Positions 18,156 through 25,978 of a stretch of 64,000 nt of DNA are shown here, piece after piece; the stretch's first letter is position 1; each line of letters starts with the position of its first letter. The stretch is from a virus (taxonomy: Duplodnaviria > Caudoviricetes), in IMG/VR virus record IMGVR_UViG_3300037067_006488, positions 1 to 64,000 of that record; one strand, given 5' to 3'. Made by a program: the position numbers and the translations under genes. Under the pieces are notes generated by a model that did no database searches, was not told the DNA's origin, and saw only the letters and a program-made list of their open reading frames with translations.

Positions 18156-19151
18156 ATGCAAATCGTAAAAAACATACAAGTTCCAACAGGAAATATTTGT
18201 GTAATGCAAGGAGAAAGGGGTTTATTGGAATTTTTATCAATCGGGGATTACGGTAAAGATTTAAACATTAAAGCTGATTTTCTTGGTATAACAAGGGAGT
18301 TGAACGGTGTCCCTAACGGGGAAATCATGCCCCTAACAGAGAAGTGGGTTATAACCATAAGCACACAATACGGCTGTTCAATGAACTGCAAGTTTTGTGA
18401 TGTGCCTCTTGTCGGCAAAGGAATAAACGCAACGTTTAATGACTTAAAAAATCAAGTGGAATTAGCCTTATCGCTACACCCTGAAGTCGCACGTACCAAA
18501 AGGCTGAACATCCATTATGCAAGGATGGGGGAACCCACATTTAATAATTCAATATTAGATCACGCTATATATTTAAAAGAAAGTCATATTTTATATAACA
18601 GCCTTATTCATCCGGTAGTATCTACGATGATGCCCAAAAACAATAAAAGACTTTATTCTTTTATATCGGAGTGGATACATATAAAAAATGAATATTATAA
18701 AGGGAATGCGGGATTGCAGTTGTCTATTAACTCCACCGACAAACAGCAAAGAGAAGAAATGTTCTCAGGCAACGCTTCATCTCTTGAAGATATTGTTGAA
18801 ATTATGGATTTAATGCCCGACCCTAAAGGAAGGAAATATACCCTAAACTTTGCATTGGCTGATAATTATATAATTGATGCTGAATATTTAGCGCAGCTAT
18901 TTGATCCTAAAAGATTTATGGTGAAAATCACCCCTTTACATAAAACCAAAAGCTGTAAAGATAATGGTATTGTTACAACTGGTGGATATGACAAGTTTAC
19001 ACCCTATAAAGAAACTGAAACCAACCTCAAGAAATGGGGATTTGATGTTATTGTGTTCGTTCCCTCTTATGATGAGGATTTAGGGATGATAACTTGTGGG
19101 AACGCTGTTCTTTCCGGTAATATGCCCAAAACAAAATATTTTGTGATATGA
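18156..19151 (+). CDS. RlmN/Cfr-like radical SAM protein
   Basis: ISTQYGCSMNCKFC, RMGEP, LQLSINS and C-terminal ITCG. Confidence 0.8.
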   Translation: MQIVKNIQVPTGNICVMQGERGLLEFLSIGDYGKDLNIKADFLGITRELNGVPNGEIMPLTEKWVITISTQYGCSMNCKFCDVPLVGKGINATFNDLKNQVELALSLHPEVARTKRLNIHYARMGEPTFNNSILDHAIYLKESHILYNSLIHPVVSTMMPKNNKRLYSFISEWIHIKNEYYKGNAGLQLSINSTDKQQREEMFSGNASSLEDIVEIMDLMPDPKGRKYTLNFALADNYIIDAEYLAQLFDPKRFMVKITPLHKTKSCKDNGIVTTGGYDKFTPYKETETNLKKWGFDVIVFVPSYDEDLGMITCGNAVLSGNMPKTKYFVI

Positions 19152-19615
19152 GTGAAATAATATTAGCCTTAGACCAAGGCAACATAATGACAGGGTTTGT
19201 TGTCTTTAACGGGGAAGAAATACTTGATATGGGGAAACTGTTGAACCACGAGATACTTGAATATATCTACGCCCGCAAGAATATAAACACAGTAGTAATA
19301 GAACGCTTTGGTTCTTACGGTATGCCTGTTGGGGAGACAACTCTTGGCTCTGTACATTGGGGAGGGCGGTTTGAAGAAGCAGGGATAGTATCGGGAAAGA
19401 AAGTCGTCCGCATATTTCGTAAAGACGTGAAGATTGCTCTTTGCGGGAGTATGAAAGCTAAAGATGTTAATATAAGACAGGCGCTGATAGATCGGTTTGA
19501 GCCTAACCTCGAAGCCAACAAGAGACCCAAGGGAATATTAAAAGACGTAAGCAAGGATATGTGGAGTGCTTTAGCCCTTGCGGTTGTGTATTTAGACGGT
19601 AAGGCGAATATTTAA
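19148..19615 (+). CDS. RuvC-like Holliday junction resolvase
   Basis: ILALDQG, VVIERF.SYGMPVG, DMWSALALA. Confidence 0.8.
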   Translation: MSEIILALDQGNIMTGFVVFNGEEILDMGKLLNHEILEYIYARKNINTVVIERFGSYGMPVGETTLGSVHWGGRFEEAGIVSGKKVVRIFRKDVKIALCGSMKAKDVNIRQALIDRFEPNLEANKRPKGILKDVSKDMWSALALAVVYLDGKANI

Positions 19616-19668
19616 CACCATGAAAGGATGAACTGGACAAACCACGACCAAAATTATTTAACAGAAAG

Positions 19669-19881
19669 ATGATAATGAAAAATCAGATATTACAAGGCAA
19701 CGTATTTGAACTTATCAAAACACTTCCCGACAAGTCGGTTAATTGTTGCGTTACATCCCCGCCTTACTATGGGTTAAGGGATTACGGAGTTGAAGGGCAG
19801 TTAGGACTTGAATCTACTCCCGAACTGTATGTTGAAAAGATGGTAGAGGTGTTCAGGGGTGTTATGAGGATAGTACGCTGA
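19669..19881 (+). pseudogene. truncated N4-C/N6-A DNA methyltransferase (N-terminal 70 aa only)
   Basis: QGNVFELIKTLPDKSVNCCVTSPPYYGLRDYG, then a stop where LKDDG.. would follow; no SAM-binding half downstream. Confidence 0.75.
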
Positions 19882-20151
19882 ATTTTACAAGATATACCGT
19901 AAAAGAAAAGGACGGCAGTTTATCGTATTATGCGGTAGGCGTTGCTGATTTAATATCCTTTGACCTATTTAATGTAAAAGAAATAGAATGTGTTTATAAA
20001 CACCGAACCCCCACCTTCGAAGGCTTTGCAGAGTATCTGAAACGTAAATATGTGAAAGAATGAAAACATTATTTATTGTTTTATTTATACTAATATTAGT
20101 ATTTGTGACTGTTACTGATGATACTGATTATCCAATATAAAAATCAACAAA

Positions 20152-20451
20152 ATGAAAAAAGAGCTTCAAGCAAAAAATAATTTTGAAATTATTCTTGCGT
20201 TTATTGCTGTAGTGGTTATGGTGTTGATACAGGTTTTTTTAAACGAAATTTACGATGTTAAAGGATTTTGGAATACCCCATATATACTTATAGACATTAT
20301 AATAACAACCATAATTACCGTATTTGATTTTTCGTTTTTAATTTTTTTATCAATGGTAATTTGTAATGATAAGCCCCCTAAATTTTTGGCTATTATGGTA
20401 ATAATTGGTATTTTGCTTATATTTATTTATTCCTGTATAGAGGCATGGTAA
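20152..20451 (+). CDS. AT-rich membrane protein (3 TM)
   Basis: Three hydrophobic segments; visibly AT-rich DNA. Confidence 0.65.
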   Translation: MKKELQAKNNFEIILAFIAVVVMVLIQVFLNEIYDVKGFWNTPYILIDIIITTIITVFDFSFLIFLSMVICNDKPPKFLAIMVIIGILLIFIYSCIEAW

Positions 20452-21035
20452 TGAATTTAAGAATGGGAAAGCTAACAGAGCTTGCCCGGAACAAAGCCGT
20501 TTTACATATCGGCTTCGCCGATGCACAAACCTATCCTATTAAAATAGAAAGAGGGTTATGGTTACACGGGTTGCTTGTTGATGTGGCTAAGTTGTGTGTT
20601 GGTGTTGATACCGATAAGAAAGCCGTAAAGGATTTAAAGGCAACGGGTATCAAATATCTTTATACAAACATGAACGACGTAATAGGATTGAAATTTGATT
20701 TTATCCTTTTAGGAGAGACGCTTGAACACGTTGATAACCCTGTTTTATTTCTAAAGGTTATTAAAAAGAAATTTCCAGGCACTCCTTTGGTGCTTACCGT
20801 ACCCAATGCTTTCAGAATACGCAATTTCACAAACGCATTACGAGGCAAAGAGGCCATCAATACGGATCACCGATATTGGTTCACCCCCTTTACGATTCAG
20901 AAGGTTTTAACACAAGCGGGTTATGAAATTAAGGATATTGAAATGGTAGAATCATATCAACGAGTTTTGTCTAAACGCCTTTTTATAACCAAATTTCATT
21001 ATTTTAGAGACACTATTTTAATACGAACAACATGA
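20445..21035 (+). CDS. class I SAM-dependent methyltransferase-like protein
   Basis: VLHIGF, VGVD, ILLGETLEHVDNP, LTVPNA. Confidence 0.75.
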   Translation: MVMNLRMGKLTELARNKAVLHIGFADAQTYPIKIERGLWLHGLLVDVAKLCVGVDTDKKAVKDLKATGIKYLYTNMNDVIGLKFDFILLGETLEHVDNPVLFLKVIKKKFPGTPLVLTVPNAFRIRNFTNALRGKEAINTDHRYWFTPFTIQKVLTQAGYEIKDIEMVESYQRVLSKRLFITKFHYFRDTILIRTT

Positions 21036-21592
21036 AATCAATATGGCAGGGCTCAGATTCTTTACTTCTTGTTTCCATGCCCAAGGAATTAACGCTTAAC
21101 GAGAAGTATTATGCTATTAAATTCAGGCTGTTTGCAAGGCTGTGTGATCGGTTTGCGGTGGAACACTATGCCAATGGTGAGCTTGTAGAAAAAAACCTTC
21201 GTAAATTCGGATTAAAGAAACCAATAACACAACATCAAAGCCCGTTAAAGTATGGCAAGCTCCCGAAAATAGAACATGAGGGATTTAATGTGTTATTTTA
21301 TAAGCCTAAATATACAGAGTTCCGTGCATGGATATACGGATTTGATATTTTTGACACGATAAAAGAATGGTGTCCTGGTGTTAACTTTATTGAGGTTAAC
21401 GGCAACCATGATTTAAGCAAGATATACCCGATAACAGACCTACTGATACGCCCTAATAGGCATGACGGCAACTCTCGCATGGTGAGGGAATGCCAGTTAA
21501 ATGATATACCCTGTTTGTATACAATCGAAAACCCTAATGTGTATTGGTTCATAGAAAAAGTAAAAGAGTATGCCGCAGCAAGAAATAAGTAA
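21032..21592 (+). CDS. GT-B/GT4-like glycosyltransferase-related protein
   Basis: DLLIRPNRHDGNSRMVREC..NDIPC resembles the GT-B C-terminal signature. Confidence 0.55.
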   Translation: MKSIWQGSDSLLLVSMPKELTLNEKYYAIKFRLFARLCDRFAVEHYANGELVEKNLRKFGLKKPITQHQSPLKYGKLPKIEHEGFNVLFYKPKYTEFRAWIYGFDIFDTIKEWCPGVNFIEVNGNHDLSKIYPITDLLIRPNRHDGNSRMVRECQLNDIPCLYTIENPNVYWFIEKVKEYAAARNK

Positions 21593-21875
21593 ACCGATAA
21601 ACGTTATAATCAGGGCAAAGGCTGATTTTGATTACGGGATAACCAACGGATTGCGATACTTCCAGATATTGTTATCCTTTGGGACTTTCTTTGAGGTTTT
21701 TAAACTCAGCACTGGGATAAGTAGGATATGGTATCTAATTATCATACCAATAGGGCTGTTATTAACTTTATTGTGGGGAAGATTCCTTCGTAAATCGAAG
21801 ATAAGGACAGCGGAAGCAGAGATGATAGCTAAAGAGAATCCATATCTAATGGAAATACACGCTAAAACAAAATAA
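21570..21875 (+). CDS. membrane protein (2 TM)
   Basis: Hydrophobic segments; overlap coupling. Confidence 0.6.
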   Translation: MPQQEISKPINVIIRAKADFDYGITNGLRYFQILLSFGTFFEVFKLSTGISRIWYLIIIPIGLLLTLLWGRFLRKSKIRTAEAEMIAKENPYLMEIHAKTK

Positions 21876-21876
21876 T

Positions 21877-22053
21877 ATGGCAGACATAAGTAAATGCAAC
21901 GGAGTGGATTGTCCCTTAAAGGATAGGTGTTATAGGTACACAGCGAAGTCCGATTCTATGTGGCAATCTTGGGGTAACTTTGTATACAATAACGGATGCA
22001 AGTATTATTGGCCTAATAAAGAAAAAGATGAAGCAAGAAGAACTGATGATTAA
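21877..22053 (+). CDS. small Cys-rich phage protein (58 aa)
   Basis: Manual translation MADISKCNGVDCPLKDRCYRYTAK...GCKYYWPNK..., a recurrent phage DI.KC...CP.K..CYRY pattern. Confidence 0.65.
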   Translation: MADISKCNGVDCPLKDRCYRYTAKSDSMWQSWGNFVYNNGCKYYWPNKEKDEARRTDD

Positions 22054-22327
22054 CATGGACTTGGATATACAGAATTATTCCAAGCGGTTTCCCCACGACG
22101 AACAGAACGTGTTTATGTATCTACGGTACGACAGCGTAAAGGGCGAGTTCGTGTTTCACGGAACAGGATCGGGGAATAATATGATAAGCGCATTGGCTTT
22201 GTTTGGCTCTACCGATCCCTTACATGAGGAGATACTGAAGTCCGCAAAGGATATTGTAGCCAATCTGTCTGCAAGAACAAAGAGGGAGATGCGGGGAGAA
22301 GCAGAAAAGGGAAGCATATATAAATAA
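22028..22327 (+). CDS. hypothetical protein
   Basis: ORF track 21980-22327; likely start ATG 22028. Confidence 0.6.
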   Translation: MKQEELMINMDLDIQNYSKRFPHDEQNVFMYLRYDSVKGEFVFHGTGSGNNMISALALFGSTDPLHEEILKSAKDIVANLSARTKREMRGEAEKGSIYK

Positions 22328-22362
22328 AAAAAAGTCCGGTGTATTGCCGGACTTCTTGTTTT
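22323..22362. terminator. bidirectional terminator at the convergence of the two genome arms
   Basis: AAGTCCGG-TGTATTG-CCGGACTT with an A-run on the left and a T-rich run on the right. Confidence 0.88.
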
Positions 22363-22371
22363 TTACATAGC

Positions 22372-22971
22372 TTATTGTACTGCGATTATCGTAACCGCCC
22401 CGACAAGCAATCCTCCCATAGTCCAATTAAATATCTTAGCCCTTCTTAACTTACCCCTTACCTTTATCAATTCCTCTGCCTGTACAGTTATTAACGCCGT
22501 GCTTATCCCCTGTTCTTGTAACAGGTAGCTTGTCTGCACACGAAGAGAATCCGACAACCTTGCATAAGAATATACATTGGTCTTTAATATCTCGATATGG
22601 TTCTCGTAAATCTGATTAAGGGTATCGCAATTTAGATACAAGGTAACGGTATCTACCCCTGGGTGGATACTTTGTATCGCTTCGTACCTTTTCTTGTATG
22701 CGTATGCCCTATTTTCGCTTTCCTGAGTGTTTAAATTGGCTTTCTTTACGTCGGCCTCCAATAAAACAATCTTCTCCTGAAGAGCGTCGGATTTAACAAC
22801 AAGGCTGTCTCGTTGTGCTCTTAATACAGCTTGTGTTGCTATGTTCTGCTGGTCTTTCTTCGACAGGCGGGAGTTGTTAACGCCAAGCCATATCGAAGCC
22901 CCTACAAACAACAAAGAGATAAATAACCAAAATAGGTCTATCTCATACTTCTTTTGTTCTGACTGTGCCAA
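22372..22971 (-). CDS. membrane-anchored coiled-coil protein, spanin/Rz-like lysis accessory
   Basis: N-terminal TM, long coiled coil, C-terminal hydrophobic segment; last gene of the lysis operon; TTG start. Confidence 0.55.
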   Translation of the reverse strand: MAQSEQKKYEIDLFWLFISLLFVGASIWLGVNNSRLSKKDQQNIATQAVLRAQRDSLVVKSDALQEKIVLLEADVKKANLNTQESENRAYAYKKRYEAIQSIHPGVDTVTLYLNCDTLNQIYENHIEILKTNVYSYARLSDSLRVQTSYLLQEQGISTALITVQAEELIKVRGKLRRAKIFNWTMGGLLVGAVTIIAVQ

Positions 22972-22974
22972 AGC

Positions 22975-23110
22975 TAAATATATTAATTATTAATACAAAT
23001 TTCCTGCTTCTTAGAATCGCTAAATTGCAATGCAACTGAACTCAATTCTCCACAGGCTTCACATCCCTCGACTTTCGAGGTAGGGCAATAATTTGCCAAA
23101 TTTATAGCCG
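22975..23110 (-). ncRNA. putative TnpB omega-RNA / element right end overlapping the tnpB 3' end
   Basis: On the - strand: CCTCG-AAAGT-CGAGG hairpin, GCCTGTGGAGA and GAAGCAGGAA, as commonly seen at tnpB 3' ends; boundaries approximate. Confidence 0.55.
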
Positions 23111-24173
23111 CGTTTAAATCTCGATCTATCACTAAACCGCAATTCTCACACGTATAAGTGCGTTCAGACAGCTTCAATATTTTTTTCTTGTTCCCACAAG
23201 AAGAACACATTTTACTGCTTGGAAAGAAGCGATCTGCAACAATCAATTCTTTTCCTTGCCACATAGCTTTATAAGTAAGCTGTCTTCTTATTTCACCAAA
23301 AGAAACATCTGAAATAGCCTGAGATAGTTTTCTGTTTTTAATCATTCCCTTAACGTTCAAATCCTCAATAATAATCCTATCAAAGTTACTAATAATATAA
23401 GAAGTGACCTGGTGTATAGCGTGCCTTCTAATACACGCAACGCGATAATGTAATCGAGCTAGTTTTGTTTGTTGTTTTCTACGATTATTACTGCCTTTTT
23501 GTTTGCGGCTCAACCCCCTTTGTAGTCGCTTAAGCCTTTTTAGGTTTGATTTAAGGGTTTTAGGGTTTTTAAAAGTTTTACCATTGCTTAATATTGCCAT
23601 ATGTTTAACACCAAAATCCACGCCTACGGCAACTTGGTTATCGCTTACCGTAACAGGGTTGTTGATCGTTTTAATTGATATTGCGGCGAACCACATATCA
23701 GCAACACGTTTTATTGTAACAAAATTTACCTTACCATCAAATCTTAAATTTTCTGAACACTTTATTTTGCCAATTCTTGGTATGTGTATTTTAAAGTCTT
23801 TTTGCTTAAACTTATTATTATTTTCAACGGCAACAAAACTATCCCGAATGCCCTTTTTCTTATAGCGAGGATACCCACTCTTTTCTTTCCACATCTTTTT
23901 ATAGGCTCGTTCAAGGTGATGTATTGCGTATTGCGGGGCTGTCTTACTCACCTCCATAAAAAAAGGCATTTCCTCCCTTTTTATTTTATTCTGTAACTTA
24001 ATAAGGGTATAAGCGGAAGGACTCTCTCCCCCCTCATACATCTCCTTCCATTTAGTTAAACCCCAATTATAAGAATAACGAGCCACGCCGCATGATTTAC
24101 GAAGAAGCACCTCTTGCGACTTAGTGGGATAAAGCTTTAGCGTATGGGTTTTATGTGGTTCTAATACCCCCAT
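22983..24173 (-). mobile_element. tnpB: TnpB RNA-guided endonuclease (IS200/IS605-IS607 superfamily) without TnpA
   Basis: HTLKLYPT..CGVARYSYNWGL; RuvC-I GVDFG; RuvC-II IIEDL; CSSCG..CENCG zinc finger; RuvC-III DRDLNAAINL. Confidence 0.93.
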
Positions 24174-24849
24174 CTCTTTTAATTTTATCTATTACATCAA
24201 GCGATCCGTTTAGTAAGGCATCTGTTGCCTTCTCCTGCCAATCCGTAGATAGCATTGTAAGGGCTTCTTGTCGGTTTGTAAAGAATCCCGACTCTAACAA
24301 TAAACCCATAGCACCGTGTTTCTCCGCAAGTCTTAGCATCTTCCAGCTCTCCTCTTTATCGTATTCGTTTTCTTTCTCCCTGTTGATTCTAAACCTAAAT
24401 CCAAAGTTATACAGATGTGGGTAATAGATATTAGCAAGGTAGTCGCTATCATTAAGCGTCTTTGTCGTCCATATCTCTACCCCGTTAGCAGATGTGTTTG
24501 TCGCTGCGTTACCGTGTATAGAAAGCACTGCATGGGTATATGCGGGATAAGCCTTAACAATCCTTTCTATTTTCTGTCCCCTGACATCTAAAGATTCGTC
24601 GAAGTTAGATATAGTTGTAAAGGCATGGGTTATGTTCTTCTTCATAAACTTCTTCGCAAGGAGTTTTACGATGTCTCTATTAAAACACCCTTCCTCGAAG
24701 ACGAAATCTTTGTGATCGTACATCTTGGCGGGGGCTGTTGTGTACTTGCCGTTTATCCTTCCGCCGTGCCCCGCATCGAGGATAAACATAACAGTGGGCT
24801 TGTCGTACTCTTGGGAAACCCAAGCATCATAATCTATAAAATTTGTCAT
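24151..24849 (-). CDS. endolysin, N-acetylmuramoyl-L-alanine amidase (Amidase_3)
   Basis: ILDAGHGG, FEEG, LSIHGNA, LLESGF zinc-amidase motifs. Confidence 0.92.
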   Translation of the reverse strand: MTNFIDYDAWVSQEYDKPTVMFILDAGHGGRINGKYTTAPAKMYDHKDFVFEEGCFNRDIVKLLAKKFMKKNITHAFTTISNFDESLDVRGQKIERIVKAYPAYTHAVLSIHGNAATNTSANGVEIWTTKTLNDSDYLANIYYPHLYNFGFRFRINREKENEYDKEESWKMLRLAEKHGAMGLLLESGFFTNRQEALTMLSTDWQEKATDALLNGSLDVIDKIKRDGGIRTT

Positions 24850-24850
24850 A

Positions 24851-25360
24851 TCAGTCTTTCTTGATTGTATTTAAAACTTCTTGTATTGATATTGGCGTGT
24901 AGTTAATATTCTCTACCGATACGTTTAGCATATTGTTGGCTTCAAAAGCAGTGCCTTGGTGGATGTGCCCGAACAAATGTATAGAGCCGTACTTCCTATT
25001 CTGCCACGACCATAGAGGGTAATGATCCAACACAAAGTCGTGTCCTTCTAAATGAATATAAAGCCTGTCGTGTATGGATTTAAACCTGTTACGTCTGTTG
25101 TTGGCGTTTAGCGTCCTGCCGTCATGATTACCCCGAATAAAAACAATCTCCCCGTTAAGCATATCGAATATACTGCATATACGGTTTACCGATGTCTTGT
25201 ATGCAAAATCTCCGAGGTGATATACGGTGTCTTCGGGTTTAACAACATTGTTCCAATTCCTGATAAGGGTTGCGTCCATCTCCTCTACAGAAGAGAACGG
25301 TCTCCCGAAAAGAAGGGTGCTTTTGTGCCCAAAATGTGTGTCGGAAATAAAGTGTATCAT
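24851..25360 (-). CDS. calcineurin-like metallophosphoesterase
   Basis: SDTHFGH, HLGDF, GNHD, HYP, GHIH; start assigned to ATG 25360. Confidence 0.9.
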   Translation of the reverse strand: MIHFISDTHFGHKSTLLFGRPFSSVEEMDATLIRNWNNVVKPEDTVYHLGDFAYKTSVNRICSIFDMLNGEIVFIRGNHDGRTLNANNRRNRFKSIHDRLYIHLEGHDFVLDHYPLWSWQNRKYGSIHLFGHIHQGTAFEANNMLNVSVENINYTPISIQEVLNTIKKD

Positions 25361-25458
25361 AGTTTTCTGTTGGGTAGTAAAAATAACCACCTTTAAAAAG
25401 GTAAAAAAACGGCAGCTATACGAGATAACTGCCGAAAAACAAACATGAGAAAGGAAAC

Positions 25459-25824
25459 CTATTCTTCCGGTTCTTCAACATCGCCCCTCCTCTTGATAAA
25501 GGCGACTGTTTTCTTGTAGAGGGTAAAGGTGTCTTCCAGCCAATAGATATAATCCTCAACAATGCCTTCTGCCTCGTCATTGCTTATATCGAATTTATCC
25601 TCGAAATAAACAACAAGGGCATCTCTTTCTTCGGGATCAACGTCTACCGCCTCTGTCCAAAATTCTTCCCTTGCTTTAAAGAGGTCAATGGCTGGTCTGG
25701 CGTCCCACAATAAACCCAAACCCTCTTGTAGTGATACTTTCTTGTCGGCTAATGCCTTGTCGAGTGACTGTGCTATAGTGGTAACAAAGTCTACTCCTTT
25801 CTTTAACTGATCTATGCCAGGCAT
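25459..25824 (-). CDS. conserved-looking hypothetical phage protein (acidic, helical)
   Basis: ORF track; first gene after the promoter at 25860. Confidence 0.7.
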   Translation of the reverse strand: MPGIDQLKKGVDFVTTIAQSLDKALADKKVSLQEGLGLLWDARPAIDLFKAREEFWTEAVDVDPEERDALVVYFEDKFDISNDEAEGIVEDYIYWLEDTFTLYKKTVAFIKRRGDVEEPEE

Positions 25825-25859
25825 AATAAATAAAATTTAAGTTTAACATTAATGCAGGA

Positions 25860-25867
25860 CAAATATA
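25860..25867 (-). promoter_or_regulatory. Bacteroidota -7 promoter element TATATTTG driving the lysis operon
   Basis: Located between the upstream terminator and ATG 25824. Confidence 0.55.
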
Positions 25868-25885
25868 CGAAAAAGGATTGGGATA

Positions 25886-25918
25886 GAAAAATAAAGCGGG
25901 GTGTTTTTTACCCCGCCC
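25886..25918 (-). terminator. intrinsic terminator ending the fibre cluster transcript
   Basis: GCGGGGT/ACCCCGC stem, followed on the - strand by TTTATTTTTC. Confidence 0.75.
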
Positions 25919-25978
25919 CTACAATAAAAACATATCAGCGTTATATCGTCTGTTGGTGTGTTGTGTAGATTAGGTTCA

